A stretch of 63,003 bases of DNA, the filler included, from Octopus bimaculoides (taxonomy: Eukaryota): NCBI RefSeq assembly GCF_001194135.2. It is 7 parts of 5 records of this genome, joined end to end, with 100 filler letters (N's around TTAATTAATTAA, not from the genome) between each part and the next. Parts side by side here need not be neighbours in the genome. Positions count along the whole stretch, not along the records: positions 45,851 to 50,812 come from NC_068996.1; positions 50,913 to 60,281 come from NC_068996.1; 5 more parts are not named here. One strand, written 5' to 3'. Positions 47,715 to 59,252 of this stretch are shown here, in pieces. The notes under the pieces are model-generated. The model did not search any database, was not told the DNA's origin, and saw only the letters and a list, made by a program, of their open reading frames with translations. Within the stretch, counting starts at the first letter, position 1. Every line of letters begins with the position of its first letter. The position numbers were made by a program, and so were the translations under genes.

Positions 47715-48480
47715 AAATAGGAGAAATAATGAAGAGAGATAAAAGATACGTTACCAAAATATATTCTGTTGTGAAATCATTATACGCACCAAATAATGTG
47801 CTAAAAATATATATAGATATATAGGCATACTTAAAATATTTTTTTAAATATATAGATATAAGTATATATAAATAAATATAAATATGTTAAGAATATCTTA
47901 GGAATGTACAAAAATACAATCCTATTTACTTTTTAAAAACGATATTAAAATATATAAATATTCTATTGTACTCTAGGCACAAGGCCCGAAAAATATATAA
48001 ATTATAGTAAATCCGAGTGTAGAAAATATAGTAAATCCATAACGAAGTTTAAAATCTGGAAGTTTATATCCGACGGCCGTTTCTCGGGGAATAGTGATGC
48101 AAAGATGAACTTATGTCTAAGAGGAAGTACGTGGTTTAGTGGTTAGGGTGTTGGACTCATGATCGTAAGGTTGTGGTTTCAGTTCCTAGACCGGGTGACG
48201 TTATGTCCTTGAGTAAAACCTTACATTTCACAATTGCTCCAGTTCACCCAGCAGGTTGTTTAAAAAGTAGGTAAGACTATATTTTTGTACATTCTTAATA
48301 TATTCTCAACACATGAACAAATATATATCCATATATTTTTAATGTATTTTTAAAATATTATAAGTATGCTTATATATCTGTAATATATTTTTAGCACATG
48401 ATTTGGTGCATATAATGATTTCACAACAGAATATATTTTGGTGACCAATCTTTTGTCTCTCTTCATTATTTCTCATATTT
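47715..48480. mobile_element. Foldback/MITE-like element, about 225-bp AT-rich inverted arms
   Basis: 47715-47940 versus reverse complement of 48257-48480, including a shared accaaaatatattctgttgtgaaatcattata block. The spacer holds a SINE-1 tail B scrap and a SINE-4 head at 48111-48255. Confidence 0.8.
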
Positions 48481-48535
48481 ATACACACACACACACATAC
48501 ACACACACACACACACACATACACACACACACATA

Positions 48536-49391
48536 CATGGTCTGATCAATAAGTATCCGGACTGTTGCCATAGTAACAAAGCTAAAGCACGCAAAGTAAA
48601 GTCGCTCGGCACAGATTGACCTTGAACTCTGCTGTGCATGCGCACTAAGTCTTAATGCTCTAGCTCACTCCCGCTGTTTACAGCAGTGCTTGGAAGGAAC
48701 GTGTGTAGCGTGTGATCGTCGCATTGATCATGACAGAGAAAGTTGTCATGTCGATACCTGCTCAGAGGCCTTCCCAAAGCTGCAGAAAGTGCACGGAGAG
48801 AAGTGTATGAGCACACAAGTGTATGAGTGGTTCAGACGTTTCCAAGATGGCAGAACATTCTGGGAGAGCGGCAACCAGCAAAACTAAGAAGAACATTGCA
48901 GATGTGCATGCAGCATGAAATCGTCGAATCACCATCCATAAGGGTGTGCAAATTAGTTATGTTTCAGTTCAGTCCTTTATCACTGAAGATTTGGGTATGA
49001 GACGCATGTCTGCCAAGTTTGGCCAAAACGTCTTTCTGCTGATCAAAAAGACACTTCGGTTTCAAATGCACAAGATCTCCTTGATTGTGCAGAGAACAAT
49101 GAAAACGTTTTGAAAACTTTGCGTAAACCTCTGAACAGGTATCGCCAAGCTTTTGGCAAAATTTGATGCAGATTCTCAGCTCACCTTTCTATGTCATGGT
49201 CAATGAGGCGATCACTCGCTACACACCTTCCTTCCAAGCGCTGCTGTAAACAGCAGAAGTGAACTAGAACGTTAAAACTTAGTTCCCACGCACAGCAGAT
49301 TGCAAGGCCAATCTATGAAAAGCGGCTTCACTCTGCGTGCTTCAGCTTCGTTACTATAGCAGCAGTCCGGATACTTATTGATCAAAACACG
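48536..49391 (+). mobile_element. Internally deleted mariner element with about 185-bp TIRs
   Basis: TA precedes 48536. TIRs at 48536-48719 and 49210-49391. Internal SEAFPKLQKVHGEKCMSTQVYEWFRRFQDGR and ITEDLGMRRMSAKF..QDLLDCAENNENVLK are N-terminal HTH pieces; no DDD domain. Confidence 0.85.
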
Positions 49392-49454
49392 TGGGTGTGT
49401 GTCTGTGTGTGTGTGCGTGTCTATGTGTGTGTGTCTGTGTGTATATATATATAT

Positions 49455-49700
49455 ATATATTTCTTTTCTAGTTTCAGCTCGAGAGATGCAGCCATACTAG
49501 AACATGTATATATAATATACATGTGTAAGTGTGTACATTCCAGGTTTCTTTAAGATTTTATCTGCCAAATCCACTCAGTTTTTGGTTACTTCAGGACTAC
49601 AACAGAAGACACTTACCCAATGTCCCACGCAATGGAACTGAACCCAAGACCGTATTTCTGGGAAGCATGCTTCTAACCACACAGCCACGCGCGCACCTAT
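49455..49700 (-). mobile_element. SINE-2 family copy with internal deletion
   Basis: agaagacacttacccaatgtcccacgcaatggaactgaaccc..gcttctaaccacacagccacgc is the reverse of the SINE-2 head. Confidence 0.7.
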
Positions 49701-50684
49701 ATAAAGGAAATTACTCGAAATAAAGAGACTGGCCGGTCATGGATGGAATGTCTTTAATCGCAAATCTACTCGATCTAACNNNNNNNNNNNNNNNNNNNNN
49801 NNNNNNNNNNNNNNNNNNNNNNNNNNNNNNNNNNNNNNNNNNNNNNNNNNNNNNNNNNNNNNNNNNNNNNNNNNNNNNNNNNNNNNNNNNNNNNNNNNNN
49901 NNNNNNNNNNNNNNNNNNNNNNNNNNNNNNNNNNNNNNNNNNNNNNNNNNNNNNNNNNNNNNNNNNNNNNNNNNNNNNNNNNNNNNNNNNNNNNNNNNNN
50001 NNNNNNNNNNNNNNNNNNNNNNNNNNNNNNNNNNNNNNNNNNNNNNNNNNNNNNGAAAGAAAGAAAGAAAGAAAGAAAGGAAGGAAGGAAGGAAGGACGG
50101 AAGGAAGAAAGAAAGAGAGAAAGAAAGGGAGGGAGGGAGGGAGGACGAAAAATGAACGAAAGATAGATAGCAAGAAGGAACGAACGAGGGCAGAGAGAGG
50201 CAGGAAGAAGAAGAAGGAGAAGAAGAAGAAACAAAGGAGAAACAAACAAACAAACTTAGAGAGAGTGAGAGACAGACAGACAGAGGCAGAGAAAATAAAC
50301 ACCTTAGCAAACGTCTTGATGGTCATGGCTGGCTGGGTGGATGGTTATGGCATTGATCATAAGTTCGCTTGATCAGCGCTAACCAGAGCTAATTAACAGT
50401 TATAACAACGACGGCTGTGTTTGTATTTCATTTCTCCGTCCACCATTATCACCGCCACAACAGTCATCGTCATCGTGAGCATCCTAAACAACAACAACAA
50501 CAACAACAACCATAAGAAAATCGAGAACAACATCATTAGCAGCAGCAGCAGCAACAGCAGCAGTAGTGCAAACTACAACAGCATCAGTGATGGCAGCAGT
50601 AGGAGCTGTTTCTGAAGCAACAGCTGCGTGATAAGATGTTCGGTTCGAGATATTGCGAGACTTGCCGTTCGTGAAATGATGTCA

Positions 50685-50773
<89 letters not shown>

Positions 50774-50856
50774 TTATGTCTGTCTATCTATTTATCAATT
50801 TATCTCTTCCTTNNNNNNNNNNNNNNNNNNNNNNNNNNNNNNNNNNNNNNNNNNNN

Positions 50857-50868
50857 TTAATTAATTAA
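50857..50868. other. Assembly linker TTAATTAATTAA
   Basis: 44N+12+44N construct. Confidence 0.9.
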
Positions 50869-51066
50869 NNNNNNNNNNNNNNNNNNNNNNNNNNNNNNNN
50901 NNNNNNNNNNNNAACAGAGAGAATAAAAACTCTTGTGGATTTAGCAGTCAAACATAGTGATATATAACACAAACTCTAATTGAATATATATATAAATAAT
51001 ATAGAATGTATAAAATGGGTAATTTTGTGGTTTTGTTATTTGTTATTTTTAATTTTTGATTTACCT

Positions 51067-51111
<45 letters not shown>

Positions 51112-51149
51112 CACACATATATACATACATACATACAGACATACATACA

Positions 51150-51185
<36 letters not shown>

Positions 51186-51899
51186 TACACACACATACAT
51201 ACATATTATATATGATGAGTAACTAAATTACATAACTGTAGAGCTGTACCAGTTACAGCTGAAGAACAGATTTCAATCACGTTAAAGAACTACAAACTAT
51301 TTTCAAAACAGCAGTAACAGATAATGCAAGATGTATTATTGTTGCTAAGGAAGAAGCAGTCATTAAGATAAGAGAAGGATCATGGAAATATTTTTATCAA
51401 CATAAGACAGCTAAGAACAAGAGAAAACTGGCAAAAATAGAGAAGAAACTGTTGTAGAGTACCATTTATTAGATTGTCTGGTAAAGCAGAATCACTAAAC
51501 TAACAAGAAAAAGACAGAAGATGTAGGTTACAGGAATTACATAAAAATGTTGTACTACAATGCTAGGGAGTTCACAAGTTCAAAGAAAAAATAAATAAGT
51601 AAAGAACAAAGTGACTTATTGCTGGCACACGTCCTAGAGAGTTTAGACTAGTGAGACTCAGTCAAACTCTGAAAATTCCATCTTGAACCACCCTCTGGAT
51701 CCTGCAAGTGAGAACTGATTTGATCACATAAGAGAATATAAAACAAGCACTGATAAACCTGAGAAAACAACAAAGCTGCTGGATACAACCAAATCTCTGG
51801 TGAATTCTTGAAGTACACTGGGGCAAAAGTAACAATATCACTAAAACATCTGTTGAAGAGATTATGTTACCACTAAGCTGTGCACTTGTGCACATGCAC

Positions 51900-52545
51900 A
51901 CATGTCTTACAACAATCACACAATATATAAAATGTACACACAAGGATTTCAAGATTAAATCAATTTTTTTTAATTGATGATGGTTACTTGTGAAGAAGGA
52001 CAAAGCTTGCATACAAGCAAATACCTGCAAACACTCACAGCAATAAATTAGAAGGTACATTATCAACAAATACTGGGAATAACAGTAAGTCCTGGCTATT
52101 TGAAATAAAAGGGTCATTGTGAAGCTTCCAAAAAACAAAAGAATACATAACTGATAGACTACAACAACTGGTTAGTAATTACTTTGCTCTCCATTCCATC
52201 TAAAGTTTTCTGCAAATGTTACTGAACAGAATTTTACAAGCATTTATACAAAATAGCAGAACAAACAAGATTTCATTCCAGCCACTCTTCAGCTGCACAA
52301 AGTTTTACATTGAGTATAGAGTTCTGGTAGGCACCGTTAATCACCTTTAGGGACATCAAGAAGCCCTTTGACAACATCCATTGGGAATCACTATGGAAGA
52401 ACTTGATTCTCCAACAATGTCTAAATCTATTTTGGTAGCTAAAAGAAGGCTCCAGCTGCTGCTGTCAAGACAGATATTGGCCTGACTGTAAAACTTAAAA
52501 TCATTAATGCTTTGGGTACATCATATGGAATTCCTGCCTATACCT
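51900..52545 (+). mobile_element. Degenerate RTE-like reverse transcriptase remnant
   Basis: Around 52270-52410: FHSSHSSAAQSFTL..LITFRDIKKPFDNIHWESLWKNL (like GFR..S..QIFTL..F.DFxKAFDSVHRESLWKIL), and later YGIP. Confidence 0.55.
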
Positions 52546-52589
52546 TCTCTACATATCAAGCATGGTCATTTACCTGAAGGGAGTTGAAT

Positions 52590-52870
52590 CATGTTTAATT
52601 TCTGGCTTACTAGAACTTAGGTCTTTGCTAAGTTAACTTTAAAGCTCTTTGATTCCAGGTTTTGCTTCCACACAGAATTTCTTTTCTAATTCTTCTATAG
52701 ATTCCATTATGAGAATGAGGTCATCAACATATGATAGTTCCCAAGGGACACCTAGTCTTAAATTCCTGTTACAGCCTGGAGGAGGACAATGACGAATATA
52801 TGGGGACTGAAAACCAAGCCCTGGTGCACTCCTACCTGTACTCTAAATTCATCACTGTATTCCTGCTCAA
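52590..52870 (-). mobile_element. RTE-clade reverse transcriptase fragment (QG and YxDD motifs)
   Basis: Minus strand EYSDEFRVQVGVHQGLVFSPHIFVIVL, then after a frameshift YVDDLILIMESIEELEK..VWKQNLESK..KVNLAKT. Confidence 0.8.
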
Positions 52871-52981
52871 CAGTGAGAGTGTGTATGTGAGCGTGTGTGT
52901 ATTGTGTGTGTGTGTTGTATATATATGTGTGTATTGTGTGTGTGTGTTGTATATATATGTGTGTATTGTGTGTGTGTGTAT

Positions 52982-53020
<39 letters not shown>

Positions 53021-53532
53021 TTTTGAGGTTTGTANNNNNNNNNNNNNNNNNNNNNNNNNNNNNNNNNNNNNNNNNNNNNNNNNNNNNNNNNNNNNNNNNN
53101 NNNNNNNNNNNNNNNNNNNNNNNNNNNNNNNNNNNNNNNNNNNNNNNNNNNNNNNNNNNNNNNNNNNNNNNNNNNNNNNNNNNNNNNNNNNNNNNNNNNN
53201 NNNNNNNNNNNNNNNNNNNNNNNNNNNNNNNNNNNNNNNNNNNNNNNNNNNNNNNNNNNNNNNNNNNNNNNNNNNNNNNNNNNNNNNNNNNNNNNNNNNN
53301 NNNNNNNNNNNNNNNNNNNNNNNNNNNNNNNNNNNNNNNNNNNNNNNNNNNNNNNNNNNNNNNNNNNNNNNNNNNNNNNNNNNNNNNNNNNNNNNNNNNN
53401 NNNNNNNNNNNNNNNNNNNNNNNNNNNNNNNNNNNNNNNNNNNNNNNNNNNNNNNNNNNNNNNNNNNNNNNNNNNNNNNNNNNNNNNNNNNNNNNNNNNN
53501 NNNNNNNNNNNNNNNNNNNNNNTATATATATA

Positions 53533-53575
<43 letters not shown>

Positions 53576-53577
53576 GT

Positions 53578-53610
<33 letters not shown>

Positions 53611-54464
53611 CAGGGTGCGATAGGTAAACTGTCACCATTTCATAATTTTTATTTCACGCATGCATATTGTTTGTTTTTGAATTTGTCAACTATGCAGTTT
53701 AGTAGTGTCAGTTGGGCACTGTCTGTGAGAAAAACAACAACGTGATGCAATTCACTCTGCCAGAAATTTGGAAATGACATGCAGTACTGCTTGGCATTTG
53801 TATCAGAAGTGATGAAGTGGACAAAATCAAACATCCAGTCTACATCATGGTGTTTGCAGTGATCACTAGTGATGGTGACGTTATGCCTCCCTTTATTTTC
53901 CCATATGGCCTCAGACTCAACACAGAGGCCTACATCAATTGGTTGGAAGAGGTAGTGCCACACTGGGTTAAGAGGGTAGCTGCTAGAAGACCTTATGGCA
54001 ACAGGACACTGCACCATGTCACACTGGTGCAGAGGAATCATGTCACACTGGTGCAGAGGAATACAAGACTCTGCACCATGTCACACAAGCAGGAGAACCC
54101 AGTTATGGCTGTCACACAATTTCTGTGACCACATCACCCCTAACATCTGGCCCCCAACACCTAACTCCCAAGACTACAAGCCCCTTGATTATTATGTGTG
54201 GGGCACAGTTGAGTGAGAGACCAACAAGGCTCCTTGTAACACCAAAGATGAACTGAAGGCAAGGGTTATGGTAGCATTCACCAATTTAAACAAGGAAACC
54301 ATCCAGAAGAGTTGCAGGAGATTCTGAAGTCTTCTGGAGGCCATGGTTGAAGCCAATGGCGATTTTATTGAATGAATTTACTCTTCGGTATTTCAAGATA
54401 TTTTAATGTAATTTTGGTAAATATATCTGTTAAAATGAGATGTCAGTGTTATTTTCTTTTCTGC
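53611..54464 (+). mobile_element. DD37D (maT-type) Tc1/mariner remnant, 3' end lost in gap
   Basis: TA then cagggtg terminus. KHPVYIMVFAVITSDGDVMPPFIF..QDSAPCHTSRRTQLWL..IWPPTPNSQDYKPLDYYVWG..MVEANGDFIE*. The D-to-D spacing is 39 here; an apparent 2-residue insertion in WPPNSPD would give 37. Confidence 0.8.
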
Positions 54465-55014
54465 NNNNNNNNNNNNNNNNNNNNNNNNNNNNNNNNNNNN
54501 NNNNNNNNNNNNNNNNNNNNNNNNNNNNNNNNNNNNNNNNNNNNNNNNNNNNNNNNNNNNNNNNNNNNNNNNNNNNNNNNNNNNNNNNNNNNNNNNNNNN
54601 NNNNNNNNNNNNNNNNNNNNNNNNNNNNNNNNNNNNNNNNNNNNNNNNNNNNNNNNNNNNNNNNNNNNNNNNNNNNNNNNNNNNNNNNNNNNNNNNNNNN
54701 NNNNNNNNNNNNNNNNNNNNNNNNNNNNNNNNNNNNNNNNNNNNNNNNNNNNNNNNNNNNNNNNNNNNNNNNNNNNNNNNNNNNNNNNNNNNNNNNNNNN
54801 NNNNNNNNNNNNNNNNNNNNNNNNNNNNNNNNNNNNNNNNNNNNNNNNNNNNNNNNNNNNNNNNNNNNNNNNNNNNNNNNNNNNNNNNNNNNNNNNNNNN
54901 NNNNNNNNNNNNNNNNNNNNNNNNNNNNNNNNNNNNNNNNNNTATGTATGTATGTATGTATGTATGTATGTATGTATGTATGTATGTATGTATGTATGTA
55001 TATATATATATATA

Positions 55015-55250
55015 TATATAAACAATATATGAGTATATGCATATATATGTACATGTATGTGCATACCTTCATCTACATGTACATATAGATACATAACTGG
55101 GTACATGACGTGGCAAAAGAACATGGACAAAATGATAAACAAGGTACAACAAACAAGCAGGCCACATAGAGAACAGATCCTTCATCAGCTGCCACCATTA
55201 AAGCACCAGTGTTTCAAAGAATTAAGGCAGTACACATCGTTAAAATGGTT
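55015..55250. repeat. Interspersed repeat, copy 2 (copy 1 at 29915-30054)
   Basis: Near-identical to 29915-30054. It extends into ccttcatcagctgcc, which is CTGATGA on the minus strand. Confidence 0.8.
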
Positions 55251-55669
55251 CTTCCCACATTGCACCATACTTCTCTGCGAAATGGTATTTCTCATCATCT
55301 GCACTCCATCCTGGTTCATCATTCTCTTCACTAATCTCTACCTCCACCTGCTTACTTCTTTTTCTCACTTTTATGAAAGCATCCATTCTCTCATTCCTTC
55401 CCATGATCCACTATCCTTGTCCTCTCTTATGCTTATCTTCTTGTTCCTTGTTCCTTGAAAGTTGTTCTTGCACCCCATCACTATGTTCCACTTATCTCCT
55501 CCAGTCATATATCTCTTCTACAGCAAGACAGCTCTGTTTGTTCCTCTATAACACTTTAGTCTTTCAACACCAGGTATACTCACCTCCACCTTGCCCTCTC
55601 AAATACTCCTTTTTAGTAGTGGGAGCATTTTCCTTCTTTCCTTCTCTTTTACTATTTTTTTGCCTTGCA

Positions 55670-55880
55670 AGTTACATGGCAACCTCACTAGTGCTGGCAA
55701 TATAAAAATAACATCCAGTACACACTGTAAATTAGTTGGCATTAGGAAGGGTATCCAGGCCATAGAAACCATACTAAAGATGACATTGGTGCATGATGCA
55801 GAACTGCAAGCTCACCAGTTCCCTATTAAATTATCTCACCCATGCCAGCATGGAAAGTAGACATTAAATCACGTTGATAA
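55670..55880 (+). mobile_element. SINE-3 / RTE-type 3' end family, diverged
   Basis: gttggcattaggaagggtatccag..cccatgccagcatggaaagtagacattaaa, then a (GAT)-like tail. Confidence 0.7.
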
Positions 55881-55911
55881 TGCTGATTTTATATACATGT
55901 GTGTATATATC

Positions 55912-56447
55912 ATCATCATCATCATAATCATTTCACATCTGCTTTCCGTGCTGGCATGGGTTGGACGGTTTGACTGGAACTGGTAAGCCAGAGAGCTGCA
56001 CCAAGTTCCTGTCTGATTTGGCATAGTTTCTACAGCTGGATATCCTTCCTAATGCCAACCATTCTGAGAGTGTAATAGATGTACTTTACAAGCCACTGGC
56101 ATAGGTGCCATTTACAAGACACTGGCAACAACCATGATTACAATTTCATGGGTGCCATCCACATGACACTGGTAGTGGTCACGACTCTGATTTCTCTTGA
56201 TTTGAGTCTTCTCAAGTGCAACATATAGCCAAAGGTCTCAGTGACTTGTCCTCACCTCCACAAGGCCCAACATTCGAAGATCATGCTACTGGCAATGGCC
56301 ACAATTACGATTTCATGAGTGCCATTTACATGACAGTGGCAATGGCCACAACTACAACTTCACTTGGCTTGAGTTTTCTCAAGCACAACATATCACCAAA
56401 GGTCACTTGTCATCACCTCCATTAGGCCCAACATTCGAAGATCATGC
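55912..56447 (-). mobile_element. SINE-3 / RTE-type 3' end family, longer copy with internal 160-bp duplication
   Basis: (CAT)n tail at 55912, then ttccgtgctggcatgggttggacggtttgac..ccttcctaatgccaacca. Units 56121-56287 and 56288-56447 both end aggcccaacattcgaagatcatgct. Confidence 0.75.
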
Positions 56448-56534
56448 TTCACCATATATATATATACATATATTTATATATTCACACACACACATATATA
56501 TATATACAAATATAGATATATAGATATATGTATA

Positions 56535-56605
<71 letters not shown>

Positions 56606-56894
56606 ATCAATACACACACACACACACACACACAGAGTGTATGATTCTATTTAAACATGTGATATTTCATTTAATAGTTCTGATGTTTACCATAACATAT
56701 TCACAATTTCAATGTTTCTGATTATACCACTGACACTAGATTTTAACCTACAAACTTTGTGAGCATAGAGCAAGAAATTTTCAGTCATTTTTTATCTCTA
56801 TCCAGGTGATGGGTGCATTCATTGTACTTTGCTATAAAGTAATAGATGTGTACTGGTCCCATGTTGTTAGTATTGACTGATCTTGGATACAGAC

Positions 56895-57305
56895 ATAATG
56901 ATGATGATGATGATGATGATGATGATGCTAGTGGGTGATTGTTGTGGTGATGATAGCAGTTGTCATTCTTGTTATCCTCATCGTCATAATGGTAGTATTG
57001 ATGGTAGTGGCGGTGGTGGTGGTGGTGGTGGTGGTGGTGGTCATCGTCGTCGTCATTGTCGTCATGCTGGTGAAGATGATGGTGGTGGTGGTGAAGGTGG
57101 TAGCTATGGTGGTAGTGATGGTGGTAGTGGAGGTGGTCATGATCATGATGATGGTGGTAATTGTAATGTTTGTGATTGTGGTGTCGATGGTGATGGTGAT
57201 TACCATCATTATTGTTATCACCATTATAGTCTTGATGATGGTAGTGCTGGTGCTTGGTGCTGCTGCTACTGGTGGTAGTGGTGATGGTGCTGCTGCTGTT
57301 GTTGG
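56895..57305. repeat. Degenerate (GAT/GGT/GTT)n trinucleotide low-complexity tract
   Basis: Triplet-periodic G/T-rich sequence with pure (GAT)n and (GGT)n stretches. Confidence 0.85.
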
Positions 57306-57629
57306 TAATAGCAATATTAGTTTTGGTGCAATTGATATTGTTTGTTAAAATGACATTTTGTCTATTAAACTAATTAACATAATAGCCATCAGGAAGTATT
57401 GTCTTCTTGAACCATTACATATATTTGATGCAATCATTTTCACTTGATATTAGGTGGGGGGAATTTTCAAATGTTCTGCATAGCATCTTGGGAAAATAGT
57501 TCTACTAACATTAGCCTCATGCCACCCAAAGTTCTTTTTAGCGAAATTTGGTTGGCAGAAACTGTGTGGCAACAGGTCAGATGAACACATTCCTGTTCTT
57601 GCTTTGTAGACTTAATCCGTGACCCATTA

Positions 57630-58180
57630 CCTTTTACTTGTTTTAGTCATTAGACACTGTGGTCATGTTGGGTCACTGCCTTGAAGAATTTTTAGTCAAA
57701 TGTATCAATCATCATCATCATCATCGTTGTTTAACGTCCGCTTTCCATGCTAGCATGGGTTGGATGATTTGACTGAGGACTGGTGAAACCAGATGGCTAC
57801 ACCAGGCTCCAATCTGATTTGGTAGTTTCTACAGCTGGATGCCCTTCCTAATGCCAACCACTCCGAGAGTCTGTAGTTATTTCCTTCAAGCCTGGTACTT
57901 ATCCTCTCAGGTTTTTTTTTTTGCCAAACCTTTAAGTTACAGGGACATAGATACACCAGCACTAGTTGTCAGGCAGTAGTGGTGGGGACAAACACAGACA
58001 TAGACACACACACACACAAGATGGGCTTCTTTCAGTTTCTGTCTGTCAGATTCACTTACAAGGCTTTGGTGGGCCAAGGCTATAGCAGAAGACACTTGCC
58101 CAAGGTGTCACACAGTAGGATTGAACCCCAAAACATGTGGTTGGGAAGTAAGCTTCTTACCACACGGCCATGCCTACATC
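57630..58180 (-). mobile_element. SINE-2 full-length copy interrupted by a SINE-3 insertion
   Basis: Tail at 57630-57708, resuming at about 57877, through to the head agcttcttaccacacggccatgcc at about 58170. Confidence 0.8.
57709..57872 (-). mobile_element. SINE-3 3' fragment nested in SINE-2
   Basis: (ATC)n, then ttaacgtccgctttccatgctagcatgggttgg..cagctggatgcccttcctaatgccaaccactccgagagt. Confidence 0.85.
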
Positions 58181-59252
58181 TATATTTGGTTTCACTTAAC
58201 ATATCACCTGATCCTTGGATGCTTTTTGTAGAGACCATTCCATTGCATATAATCTGTGATTTAAGGATAAATTTTTCCTTTATTCTGACTAGTCTTGGAG
58301 GTTCTAAAAAGGTCAAGGGCCTATTTACCATCGCAGATTAAGCAATAAAAATAAAAATAAATACGTAATAATCAATAGCAATTGGCCTACTGTTGGCTCA
58401 AGGTCCTGCTATCTGCATCCTATTACCAACATGTTGTTGTTTCCATGTCAGCCAATCAAGTGTTAATTAACAAATGACACAGATTACTTAGATGTAAATA
58501 GTTAGCATGAGGCTATCTCGTAGTACAGATTGCTATTATAAACAATGGGTGTGCTGTATAAAAACCCACCAAATGTCTTGTTTGCTAGCAATGCTGAGTT
58601 CAAACCCTGTCAGGGTTACAGATTGAGACAAATAGGTTTTGTTAAATGTTAGCATCATTTTGTTCTAGATCAAATGGTGGGGTGCTTAGACTAACGCATA
58701 GACAAAGTCTCTGCAACGCCATATAATGAAAAAAAAAGGAAAAAAGAAAAGAAAACAATCAATTATAGTTTAAACTGTAAATGGTAATTTAATTCCAGTC
58801 ACATCAAATATAATCCTCACAACCTATCGAAAGGAACAATATCTCCAAATATGAGTTAGTTTGTTATGATCTATCTGACCAATATCAGCATGGTAAACAA
58901 GAGTATAAAATGNNNNNNNNNNNNNNNNNNNNNNNNNNNNNNNNNNNNNNNNNNNNNNNNNNNNNNNNNNNNNNNNNNNNNNNNNNNNNNNNNNNNNNNN
59001 NNNNNNNNNNNNNNNNNNNNNNNNNNNNNNNNNNNNNNNNNNNNNNNNNNNNNNNNNNNNNNNNNNNNNNNNNNNNNNNNNNNNNNNNNNNNNNNNNNNN
59101 NNNNGATCTGCTTCCCCTATTGTAATCCTATTCATATCTAGGATGCTTTATAGCTGTGGTTCTTCAACTGAGAAATAATCCCTACCTCGAGGGAAGAACC
59201 CAGAGTTACAAGGTTGGGAAGCAAGCTTCTTATCACACAGCCACATTTAACA

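Noticed and set aside
54065-54195. Calling the 53611 element DD39D
   Set aside because: The extra two residues look like a copy-specific insertion in WPPNSPD, and the surrounding motifs fit DD37D/maT.
56883-57348. Gly/His/Asp-rich 131-aa ORF resembling a structural (beak or cuticle-type) protein, plus overlapping Val- and Thr-rich ORFs
   Set aside because: Three frames are open because of a degenerate GAT/GGT triplet repeat. There is no signal peptide, splice context or regular motif.
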